Shown here: positions 24,641 through 36,084 of the stretch, piece after piece | How positions within the stretch are numbered: position 1 is the first letter of the stretch | Layout of the letters: each line of letters starts with the position of its first letter | Assembly: GCF_006345805.1 (NCBI RefSeq) | Contig: NC_043017.1 | Coordinates: 7,068,001-7,132,000, forward strand | Direction of reading: 5' to 3' | Length of the DNA: 64,000 bases | From: Octopus sinensis | Taxonomy: Eukaryota | Translations under genes and position numbers: made by a program | Notes under the pieces: generated by a model | The model's database searches: none | Told to the model about the DNA's origin: nothing | Seen by the model: only the letters and a program-made list of their open reading frames with translations

Positions 24641-24838
24641 CAAAGATAACATTTTAAATAGAGAAAATTCATGAAACGGTAAAATATAATAGAATATTAA
24701 ATTACATTTTCCACTATATGAAGCATTGTGTTTTTCTTTTTTGTTTTTTTTCTTTTTTACTTCTGATTGGCATTTACCTTTAATTAAAATTTGATCTTGC
24801 CTTTTAGTTTGATTTTTTTTTTTTTCATCGTTTTTTTC

Positions 24839-25011
24839 ATAGGCGCAGGAGTGGCTGTGTGGTAAGTAGCTTGCTAACCAACCACATGGTTCGGGTTCAG
24901 TCCCACTACATGGCATCTTGGGCAAGTGTTTCTGCTATAAGCCCCGGGCCCGACAATGCCTTGTGAGTGGATTTGGTAGACGGAAACTGAAAGAAGCCTG
25001 TCGTATATATG

Positions 25012-25042
<31 letters not shown>

Positions 25043-25256
25043 CTGTGTTTGTCCCCCTAGCATTGCTTGACAACCGATGCTGGTGTGTTTACGTCCCCGT
25101 CACTTAGCGGTTCGGCAAGAAGAGACCGATAGAATAAGTACTTGGCTTACAAAGAATAAGTCCCGGGGTCGATTTGCTCGACTAAAAGGCGGTGCTCCAG
25201 CATGGCCGCAGTCAAATGACTGAAACAAGTAAAAGAGTAAAGAGAGTAAAAGAGTT
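24839..25256 (+). mobile_element. SINE family 1 downstream of the STK33 stop
   Basis: Same consensus. Confidence 0.85.
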
Positions 25257-25581
25257 TCTTTAGCATCAGACAAAATGCCTCTTTGCCAAAACAACCTTTC
25301 TTTCAGTTTTTTCCTGTTCTCACTCTAAACCGGGTTGATATCATCTCTTGCCTTTCATCCTTTCGGTGTTGCTAAAACAAAGTGGTAGTCGATATAACTG
25401 ACGAACCGAATTCCTTAAATTGTCACTGTGATGGTGGTCCTTGCATGACCTTGCACCCATTGTCGTCATCATCAACATCATTGTCATAAACATCATCATC
25501 TTCTGTTCTATATTTAAGAGATGAGGAATTATGTACATTATTTACATTTGACAGGTATTTGTCCTCATCTTGTTAGTTGAT

Positions 25582-25627
25582 AACACAATGTTTCGGCTGA
25601 TATACCCTCCAGGCTTCATCAGGTGTC
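25582..25627 (-). ncRNA. Hammerhead-like motif, family A (tandem copy 1)
   Basis: GACAC-CUGAUGAA-GCCUG/CAGCC-GAAAC-AUU-GUGUU; one stem II mismatch and GUU changed to AUU. Confidence 0.55.
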
Positions 25628-25669
25628 CTGGAGAAATTTCGAACCTGGGTTCTCATTTCCAAGCGTTTG

Positions 25670-26030
25670 AAGAAAAAAGACCTGCTTTAGTGAATCGAAA
25701 AGGAGTGATGTTTCATCAGGACGATGCTCGACCCCACACTGCAAAGATCACATCACAGAAGATCGAAGAGCTTGGTGGGGAAAAAATTCCTCATCCAACT
25801 TATCTTCAGACCTTGCTCCTTCAGACTACCATTGTTTCAAGTTTACAGAATATTTGGGGGACAATAACTTTTGCAAGCAGGAGGAGGTCGAAAATGACAT
25901 TTCAGAGTTCTTCACTTTGAAACCAAAAGTTTACATGATGGGATTAAAAAGCTGTAGATAGATGGGAGGAAGTCATAGATAATCAGGGAAAGTACATTAA
26001 ATTTCAATTAAATAAACATTTGATGACTTG
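25670..26030 (+). mobile_element. mariner transposase C-terminal fragment (copy 1, frameshifted)
   Basis: RKGVMFHQDDARPHTAKIT.. Confidence 0.8.
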
Positions 26031-26207
26031 TTTTCTTTGACGAACGAATTCCTTAAATTGTCGTTTTGATGGTGGTCCGGCATGACCTTGCACCATTGTC
26101 GTCATCATCAACATCATTGTCATAAACATCCTCTTCAGTTCTATATTTAAGAGGATGAGGAATTATGTACATTATTACATGACAGGTATTGTCCTCATCT
26201 TGTTGAT

Positions 26208-26253
26208 AACACAATGTTTCGGCTGATATACCCTCCAGGCTTCATCAGGTGTC
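26208..26253 (-). ncRNA. Hammerhead-like motif, family A (tandem copy 2)
   Basis: Same motif as 25582-25627. Confidence 0.55.
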
Positions 26254-26289
26254 CTGGAGAAATTTCGAACCTGGGTTCTCATTTCCAAG

Positions 26290-26670
26290 CGTTTGAAGAA
26301 AAAAGACACTGCTTAGTGAATATCGAAAAGGAGTGATGTTTCATCAGGACGATGCTCGACCCCACACTGCAAAGATCACATCACAGAAGATCGAAGAGCT
26401 TGGTGGGGAAAAAATTCCTCATCCAACTTATTCTTCAGACCTTGCTCCTTCAGACTACCATTTGTTTCATAGTTTACAGAATCATTTGGGGGACATAACT
26501 TTTGCAAGCCAGGAGGAGGTCGAAACTGACATTTCAGAGTTCTTCACTTTGAAACCAAAAGAGTTTTACATTGATGGGATTAAAAAGCTTGTAGATAGAT
26601 GGGAGGAAGTCATAGATAATCAGGGAAAGTACATTAAATTTCAATTAAATATAACATTTGATGACTTGTT
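26290..26670 (+). mobile_element. mariner transposase C-terminal fragment (copy 2)
   Basis: FHQDDARPH..YSSDLAPSDYHLF..WEEVIDNQGKY (second and third catalytic Asp motifs). Confidence 0.85.
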
Positions 26671-26851
26671 TTCTTTGACGAACCGAATTCCTTAAATTGT
26701 CGTTTTGATGGTGGTCCTTGCATGACCTTGCACCCATTGTCGTCATCATCAACATCATTGTCATAAACATCATCTTCAGTTCTATATTTAAGAGATGAGG
26801 AATTATGTACATTATTTACATTTGACAGGTATTTGTCCTCATCTTGTTGAT

Positions 26852-26897
26852 AACACAATGTTTCGGCTGATATACCCTCCAGGCTTCATCAGGTGTC
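26852..26897 (-). ncRNA. Hammerhead-like motif, family A (tandem copy 3)
   Basis: Same motif as 25582-25627. Confidence 0.55.
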
Positions 26898-26917
26898 CTG
26901 GGGAAATTTCAAAGCGT

Positions 26918-27299
26918 CTCTACCTGGCTGTTTGACACACTAAAAATAGCAGCCAACGTATCCCCCTACCTAAATCACATGCCCCCCCACCTTTTTTTCC
27001 AAACCAAAATAAGGGATTTGCAGTATACTAGGGGGTTAGGGTACTTGATTCCAGGCAAAAAATCCAAGATTTTCCCTCTTAGTGAAAATCGTGCCGGTGT
27101 TAGCATAGAAATTTATCATAATTTTGTTGTTATTTAGCCTCAAATCAACCCTAATACAACAAACCTATCGTCAAAGACATTCCAGCTTTCAGCAAACCAT
27201 CTTTTTAGGGATAATCTAGGGCATTATGTACACTGGACATGATTTAGGTAGGGGGATATATTGGCTGCTATTTTTAGTATATCGAGCGACCAGGTAGAG
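26918..27299. repeat. Inverted pair of a ~63-bp dispersed motif (MITE-like fold-back)
   Basis: ctctacctgg..aaaaatagcagccaa..ccccctacctaaatca at 26918-26980 and its reverse complement at 27237-27299. Confidence 0.65.
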
Positions 27300-27538
27300 G
27301 CTCTTTCATTGGTTCGATTACGTGGGACCCAGAAGTTGCTCGCAATGAGCAGCGGTAATTTTCTTCGGCTGAATACATGTCATTGACTGGTGAAAATTAC
27401 CCAAATATGACAACTTTAACACGAAATAACTTCTAAAATATAAAATTTTGTAAAAAAATGTCAAGAGTAAAAAAAACCCTGTTCTCTTTGACGCATTCTA
27501 CCAGTATCCGAAGTTTCAAAGTATTTATTTTAAAAAAT

Positions 27539-27955
27539 GGATCTTTTCGGTTTGAACGGCAGTTTTTTCTAGCGATGTCATATGAAATTGTCACCCATAA
27601 TTATGACTCTAGTATCGATCTATTGCATTTCAATCTGTTTTAGGGTTAGGGTTAGAGGTGGGGGTAGGGTATCTTTTTTTCTTCACAAATGTAAATAAAC
27701 CCAATCTGTTTCTTAAACGAGGGACATATTCATACGGCACATAATGTTTTCACCTCAACAGACGTCATTGATTGGTTGAAATTGCAGAAATTGAAGACAA
27801 AAAAACAACAAATATCTTACAAACTATAGAATTTTCTCAATAAAGCCAAGAGAAAAAGATGTTTTATAAACACATTCTACCAGTATACGAAGTTTTAAAA
27901 TGTTTAGTTACGTGGAAATTATTTTTAAAAACTGCCGTTCAAACCGAAAAGATCC
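27539..27955. mobile_element. MITE with 28-bp perfect TIRs
   Basis: GGATCTTTTCGGTTTGAACGGCAGTTTT and its reverse complement; internal (TTAGGG)2; no clear TSD. Confidence 0.75.
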
Positions 27956-28518
27956 TAAGTTTTTGTTTTAACGATTAATTTTTTATCAATTGGTTTCAAA
28001 TTTAATTTTCCACCCATCATTAATGAATGTGACGGAAGTCTGGAAGCAAGAGTAACAACAGTAAAATGGCGGCGGAGTAGAATCGAGTTATGAAATATAA
28101 ACTTATAATCAGGTCGATTACATGGACATTTTGGATTTAAATTACTGGCTGACAAGTAATATCAAAACTGCTGATAACGTTTATTGCATCCATTGCGACA
28201 AATCGTTCGCATACCATAGATCTAACACATCGCTTACTGACCATTTCAAAACAAACACTCGTCACAGTATTCGAAACCTCAGCTCGCAATGTCGGCTTCA
28301 TTTAGTCAGTGTAGAGCGGCGGTGACATCTTACCTCCAAGCAGACTACTCTGAGTGAGTTTTATCGTCGGTTTGATCGTCAGGTGAATGCCACCCTACAA
28401 TGTGACATTAAAATATCACTTGCAAACCAGACAGCTAATAGTGGTAGGCCAATATCGATCGTAGAAGATGATGGGCTTCAGCAAGTATTGCGTACAGTGC
28501 TTCAAAATACCGAATATA

Positions 28519-28923
28519 TATTTCTTTATTACCCACAAGGGGCTAAACATAGAGGGGACAAACAAGGACAGACAAAGGTATCAAGTCGATTACATCGACC
28601 CCAGTGCATAACCGGTACTTAATTTATCGACCCCGAAAGGATGAAAAGCAAGTCGACCTCGGCGGAATTTGAACTCAGAACGTAACGACAGACGAAATAC
28701 CTATTTCTTTACTACCCATAAGGGGCTAAACACAGTGGGGACAGACAAACGGATTAAGTGGATTATATCGACCCCAGTACATAACTGGTACTTAATTTAT
28801 CGACCCCAAAAGGATTAAAGGCAAAGTCTAACTCGGCGGAATTTGAACTCAGAACGTAACGGCAGACGAAATACCGCTAAGCATTTCGCCCGGCGCGCTA
28901 ACGGTTCTGCCAGCTCGCCGCCT
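28519..28923 (-). mobile_element. SINE family 3 with duplicated tail, nested in hAT
   Basis: 15-bp TSD AAAATACCGAATATA at 28504-28518 and 28924-28938. Confidence 0.9.
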
Positions 28924-29355
28924 AAAATACCGAATATAAACTACCTTGCCAGCGCAGTATTGATAAAATGTTGGCTGATATTTATAAAAAGCGAAAAAGA
29001 AACTGTTAAAGAAGTAGTGAAAATTTCAAAGGCAATTGCGCTAATATCTGATTTTTTAACATCCCTGGGTAATGAAAGTTTTTTGCGGAATCACCGGCCA
29101 TTGGATTGCTGTTGACTGGAATTTATTAAGTGTTATTCTTAAACGTCGCTATTCCAACGATGTTGCTAATGGTTATATAAATAATTTGTAGAAGACTGGG
29201 ACATAACAAAGAAGATTCAGGTTCTAGTAACAGACAATGCTCGAAATTTGGTTTCAGCTGTTAATCAAACTGGTTATGCTCATATTCCGTGTTTGGCTCA
29301 CAGCCTGCAGTTGAGCATATTGCATGGATTTAAAGCCACAGATACAGAAACATTG

Positions 29356-29620
29356 GGTACTACTTAAGAAGAGTGGTCCCGGTGCGCGCACTGCGTACTC
29401 GCGCAAGCTAGTCGTGACTAGTCGATCCTACAACGACTACCTAGCAAAGTAAATAAAACACAAAATAAATAATTTTTTAAAACAAAGTAAATAAAACACA
29501 AAAATACAAAGTAAATAATTTTTTAAACAAAGTAAATTAAACAAAAAACAGTAAGGATCGACTAGTCACGACTTGCATGCGCGAGTACGCGCACCGGGAC
29601 CACTCTTCTTGAGTAGTACG
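29356..29620. mobile_element. MITE with ~70-bp TIRs and 9-bp TSD (Mutator-like)
   Basis: TSD GAAACATTG at 29347-55 and 29621-29; TIR ggtactacttaagaagagtggtcccggtgcgcg.. Confidence 0.85.
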
Positions 29621-30153
29621 GAAACATTGTTTGTTGAATGTCGAATAATCATAGAGCATTTTAAACATAGCCCTATCCACACAACTGAATTGCAGAACTG
29701 TAGTGATTCACCATTTCGTAAGCTACAGCAAGATGTTCCAACAAGATGGAACAGTACTTTGCTAATCCTGAAGAGTCTGCTGCAGGCCAGAGAAGTAACA
29801 ACCATCTACATGTCAGACGAAGAGATGCAATATAAAAGGTCCGAAACTTCGATTCTGATTGAGAAAAGACTTAAAAATACATCGACATTTTAGACTTATT
29901 CTGTCAGGCTACGGTCCTGCTTGGCGGTGAAAAATATGTCGTGTAGCTGTGTATTGCCACTGTTATTGTCTTTGACGAAGTACAAGACTGTAAATGATGA
30001 TGATCCAGGTTATATTTAGCCAGATTCAAAGCAGCATCTGCTAATGACTTCAGCAAACGTTTAGCTGGCATGAAAAGCATTATATTGAAATATTACAGAT
30101 CGCAACAGCACCTGATCCACCATATAAAAACATGGAGTGTTTATCAGACGATT

Positions 30154-30567
30154 CGGCAATCTTTCGTCTCTAGTAGACCTTTCCGTCGATTTCCGTAAAA
30201 AAATTTTTTTTTTACATATGGGCTTGCGGGAACTTTTGAAGTAATGAGAGCGAAAGAGACTAAGAGAAAACGATTGTATGATGAGGGAAATTCTTTTGAA
30301 GTTACCGTGCATTGATGTACATGTGTGCATGTGTGTGTTGATGGGGTGTGGGAGACAGACAGTATGTTGTGTAAGTGAAGTGCTTCTGTTAGTGTGTGTG
30401 AAGAGACAGAGTAATGTGTGAAAGAAAGAGATAACTGAAATTTTTTACACGGTGTATGTGTATATGTATGTATATTACTTCAAAAGTTCCAGCAAGCCCA
30501 TATGTAAAAAAAAGAAATTTTTTTACGGAAATCGACGGAAAGGTCTACTAGAGACGAAAGATCGCCG
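30154..30567. mobile_element. MITE with ~92-bp TIRs and 6-bp TSD, superfamily unassigned
   Basis: TSD ACGATT at 30148-53 and 30568-73; termini CGGC(A/G)ATCTTTCG. Confidence 0.85.
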
Positions 30568-31159
30568 ACGATTCCAAAGAAAGAAAGAAAAATGGTTAAT
30601 TATTGGACAGCAAAATAGCAGCACAATATGATAGTGACAGTGTCAGTCAAACTATTTGCGAACTGAATGAAAAGCGTATTAAGTTGATGGAGTCTGACTC
30701 AGAAGAGGATGTCGAAAATACTTCGGGTGAAGTACAGCGATATAAAATGGCGAAAAAAATTGCTGAATCAGTTGATCCACTTACAATGGTGGAAACTTAA
30801 TGAACATCGATATCCGATTTTTGGCATTTTTTTTTTTGGTTTTGGCCAAGACTGTTCTGTGCATCTCAGCCACCTCGGTTCCTTGTTGACGATTATTTAG
30901 CTCTGCTGGGTTACATTGTTAACAAGAAGCGCTCATCACTGAAACCAAATGCTGTCAATATTGCGTGACTGGTTTATCCAACAACATTTGAGTAAGAAAA
31001 CGCCATTTCTTGTTTTAAACTTTTAATTGAAACATCATAATCTTGTCAATAAATGCAACGGCAGACATTTTTGTGTTTTCATCGAAATTAACTATTAATT
31101 AATCGAACTAATCGTTAATTTCTCAAAACTTAATAATCAAAATTAAATTAATCGTTTCC

Positions 31160-31182
31160 ATATATATATCTATATATATGTG

Positions 31183-31223
<41 letters not shown>

Positions 31224-31324
31224 GTGTGTGTGTGTGTGTGTATATAGATATATATGTGTGTGTATATATATATATATGTGTGTGTATATATATATATATA
31301 TGTGTGTGTATATATATATATATA

Positions 31325-31396
<72 letters not shown>

Positions 31397-34300
31397 ATAT
31401 ATATGTGTGTATTATATATATGTGTATATATATATATGTATATATTATATGTGTATATATATATATTGTATATATATATATGTGTAATATATATATGTGT
31501 GTATATATATATATATGTGTATATAATATATATATGTGTATATATATATATATATATATTGTATATAATATATATATATATGTGGTGTATATATATATGT
31601 GTGTGTAATATATATATGTGTGGTATATATATATATATATATGTGTATATATATATATATATGTGTTATATATATATATATAGGTATATATATATATATA
31701 TGTGTGTGTATTATATATGTGTGTATATATATATATATATGTGTGTATATATATATATATATATGTGTATATATATTATATATGTGTGTGTATATATATA
31801 TATATATAATGTGTATATATATATATATATATGTGTATATATATATATATATGTTGTATATATATATATATATGTGGTGTATATATATATATATATGTGT
31901 GTGTATATATATATATATGTGTGGTGTATATATATATATGTGTGTGTATATATATATAATGTGTGTGTATAATATATATGTGTGTGTTATATATATATGT
32001 GTGTGTATATTATATATGTGTGTGTATAATATATATGTGTGTTGTATATATATATATTGTTTTATATATATATATATTGTGTGTGTATATATATATTGTG
32101 TGTGTGTGTATATATATATATGTGTTGTGTATATATATATATATGTGGTGTGTATATATATATATGTGTGTGTATATATATATGTGTGGTGTGTATAATA
32201 TATGTGTGTGTATATATATATATGTTGTGTATATATATATATGTGTGTGTATATATATATATTGTGTGTATATATATATATGTGTGTGTATATATATATT
32301 GTGTGTGTATATATATATATATGTGTTATATATATGTGTGTATATATATATAATATGTGTGTATATATATTATGTGTGTGTATATATATTATGTGTGTGT
32401 ATATTATATATATGTGTGTGTATTATATATATGTGTGTGATATATATATATATGGTGTGTGTATATATATATATATGTGTGTATATATATATGTGTGTGT
32501 ATATATATATATGGTGTGTATATATATATATATGTGTGTTATATATATATGTGTGTGTAATATATATATGTGTGTGTATATATATATGTGTATATGTATA
32601 TATATATGTGTATATATATATTATATGTGTATATATATATTGTGTGTGTATATATGTATATATAATATGTGTGTGTATATATAGATATATATGTGTGTAT
32701 ATATATATATATATATGTGTGTATAATATATATATGTGTGTGTATATTATATATATATGTGTGTGTATATATATATATAGGTGTGTGTATATATAGATAT
32801 ATATGTGTGTGTATATATATATATATATGTGGTTATATATATATATGTGTGTGTATATATATATATGTGTGTGTATATATATATATGTGTGTGTGTATAT
32901 ATATATATGTGGTGTGTATATATATATATGTGTTGTGTTATATATATATATGTGTAGTATATATATATATGTGTGTGGTTATATATATATATATTGTGTA
33001 TATATATATATATGTGTGTTATATATATATATATAGTGTGTGTATATATTATATATATATGGTGTATATATATATATATAGTGTGTGTATATATATATAT
33101 ATATGTGTATATATATATATATATATGTGTAATATATATATATATATAATGTGTATATATATATATATGTGTGTGTATATATATATATAGATGTGTGTGT
33201 ATATATAATATATGTGTGTGTATATATATATATGGTGTGTATATATATATATGTGTGTGTATATAATATATATGGTGTGTATATATATAGATGTGTGTGT
33301 ATATATATATGTGTGTGTATATATATAATGTGTGTGTATATATATATATATGTGTGTATATATATATATGTGTGTTGTGTATATATATATATGTGTATAT
33401 GTAATATATATGTGTGTATATATATATATATGTGTATATGTATATATATATGTGTATATGTATATATATATGTATATAATGTATATATATATATATATAT
33501 GTGTGATATATATATGTGTGTATATATATATATATATATGTGTGTGTTATATATATATATGTGTGTGTATATATATATATATATGTGTGTGTATATATAT
33601 ATATATATGTGTGTATATATATATATTATGTGTGTGTGTATATATATATATGTGTGTGTGTATATATATATATATGTGTGTTATATATATAATATATGTG
33701 TGTGTATATATATATATGTGTGTGTATATATATATATATGTGTGTGTATATATATATATATGTGTGTGTATATATATATATGTGTGTGTGTTATATATAT
33801 ATATATGTGTGTGTGTATATATATATATGTGTGTGTATATATATATTGTGTATATATATGTGTTGTATATGTATATGTGTATATATATATATATATGTGT
33901 GTATATATATGTATATATAATATATATATGTATATGTGTATATATATGTATATATATATATATAGTGTATATAGGTATATGTATATATATATGTATGTAT
34001 ATATATATATATGTATATGTATATGTATATATATATGTATGTATATATATATGTATGTATATATATATATAATGTATATGTATATATGTGTATATATATA
34101 TATAATGTATATATATATGTATATATTATATGTGTGTGTATATATATATATATGTATATATATATGTATGTATATATATATGTATATATATATGTATATA
34201 TATAATGTATATGTATATGTATATGTATATGTTATATATATGTTATATATATAGTGTATATATATATGTATATATATATGTATATATATATGTATCTATA

Positions 34301-34543
34301 TATATGTATATATATATATGTATATTATATGTATATATATATATGTATATATATATGTATATATATATATGTATATATTATGTATATATATATGTATATA
34401 TATATATGTATATATATGTATATATATATATGTATATATTATGTAATATATATATGTATATATATATATAGGTATATATATATATGTATATATATTATTA
34501 TATGTATATATATATATATGTATGTAATATATATATATGTATA

Positions 34544-34574
<31 letters not shown>

Positions 34575-35161
34575 GTAATATATGTATATATATATATATT
34601 GTATATATATATGTATATATATATATGTATATATATATATGTATATATATATATGTATATATATATATTATTATATATATGTATATATATATGATATATA
34701 TATATGTATATATTATGTATATATATATGTATATATATATGTATATATATTATATATATATGTATATATATATAATTATATATATATGTATATAATATGT
34801 ATATATATATGTATATATATATATGTATATATATGTATATATATTGTATATATAATATGTATATATATATGTATATATAATGTATATATATATGTATATA
34901 TATGTATATATATATGTATATATATGTATATATATATGTATATATATGTTATATATATATGTTATATATATGTATATATATATGTATATATATATATGGT
35001 ATATATATATGTATATGTATATGTATATATATGTATAATATGTATATATATATGTATATATATGTATATGTTATATATATGTATATATATGTATATTGTA
35101 TATGTATATATATTATATATATATGTATATATATGTATATATATATATTATATATATATGT

Positions 35162-35202
<41 letters not shown>

Positions 35203-35227
35203 ATGTATATAATATATATATATATAT
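31160..35227. repeat. ~4.07-kb compound (TA)n/(TG)n/(TATG) microsatellite
   Basis: Directly visible; source of the long Y/I/C/V pseudo-ORFs. Confidence 0.95.
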
Positions 35228-35306
35228 TGGTAAAAATGGTAAGATAAAAGAAGGAAAGAGACCTCAATATTATGTAAATAGAGGAATTTATCTATAAATT
35301 AAGAAG

Positions 35307-35376
35307 GCCAGATAACCGAAGAGATGGTGTTGTGGATTTCCTCTTCGGCATCCGAAACTCAGAGTTTTATCTTGGC
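35307..35376 (+). ncRNA. Type I hammerhead-like motif with CCGAAGA core, family C
   Basis: GCCAGAUAA-CCGAAGA-GAUG..CAUC-C-GAAA, stem III ACUC-A-GAGU, U, then UUAUCU(U)GGC closing a 9-bp stem I. Confidence 0.55.
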
Positions 35377-35510
35377 TATTGAATAATGGAACATATTAAT
35401 TTACAGATATATATATATATATCTTTATATATATAAAGATAAATTAAATATAGAGATATTCTATTGACAATCCAAAAATTTCTTTTCCTCAGTTTGTTAA
35501 TATATATATT

Positions 35511-35860
35511 TACTCTTTTATTTGTTTCAGTTATTTGACTGCAGCCATGCTGGAGCACAACCTTTCGTCGAACAAATCGACCTCAGGACTTATTCTTTGT
35601 AAGTCTAGTACTTATTTTATCAGTTTCTTTTGCCGAACTACTAAGATTCAGGGACGTAAACACACTAACATCGGTTGCCAAGCAATGGTGGTGGGGACAA
35701 ACACTGACACAGAAACATACCTATATATATATACATATACACGACAGGCTTCTTTCAGTTTCCGTCTACCAAATCCATTCACAAGGCTTTGGTGGGCCTG
35801 AGGCTATAGTAGAAGACACTTGCCCAAGGTGCTACGCAGTGGGAATGAACCCGGAACGAC
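35511..35860 (-). mobile_element. SINE family 1 (5'-truncated)
   Basis: Reverse complement of the consensus. Confidence 0.75.
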
Positions 35861-36038
35861 TTTAAGCTATATTGGTACTTCTGGCTCTCATTTTTAAAGT
35901 ATTCTAGTGTGTCAATATTTTAACAAAATGATGGTACCTTTTTTAATCAATATTTTACTTTGTAAATTAAAATCAAATAATTAGTTGTAATACATTATTT
36001 ACAGTTGACAGATATTTGTCCTCATTTTGTTTGTTGTT

Positions 36039-36084
36039 AACACAACATTTCGGCTGATATACCCTCCAGCCTTCATCAGGTGTC
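36039..36084 (-). ncRNA. Minimal type I hammerhead, family A (best-preserved copy)
   Basis: GACAC-CUGAUGAA-GGCUG gaggguauau CAGCC-GAAAU-GUU-GUGUU. Confidence 0.65.

Larger units (their letters stand above)
25400..26910. repeat. Tandem repeat of ~630-645-bp composite unit, about 2.4 copies
   Basis: gacgaaccgaattccttaaattgtc recurs near 25403, 26040 and 26677. Confidence 0.9.
27965..31160 (+). mobile_element. Decayed hAT (ZBED1/Ac-like) DNA transposon with three nested insertions
   Basis: BED finger YCIHCDKSFAYHRSNTSLTDH; GRPISIVEDDG; PCLAHSLQL; QDVPTRWNST; hATC DPLQWWK..SATSVP..FSSAG..KRSSL; degenerate ends aacgattaatt / aattaatcgtt. Confidence 0.85.

Noticed and set aside
27640-27655. TTAGGG repeats as an interstitial telomere
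   Set aside because: Only about 2.5 units, inside a TIR-bounded MITE.
31178-35297. Many long ORFs of up to 367 aa (Y/I/C/V/M-rich)
   Set aside because: Translations of (TA)n/(TG)n microsatellite with no protein complexity; the same applies to ORFs near 6.6-6.9 kb, 16.5-16.9 kb and 22.3-23.4 kb.
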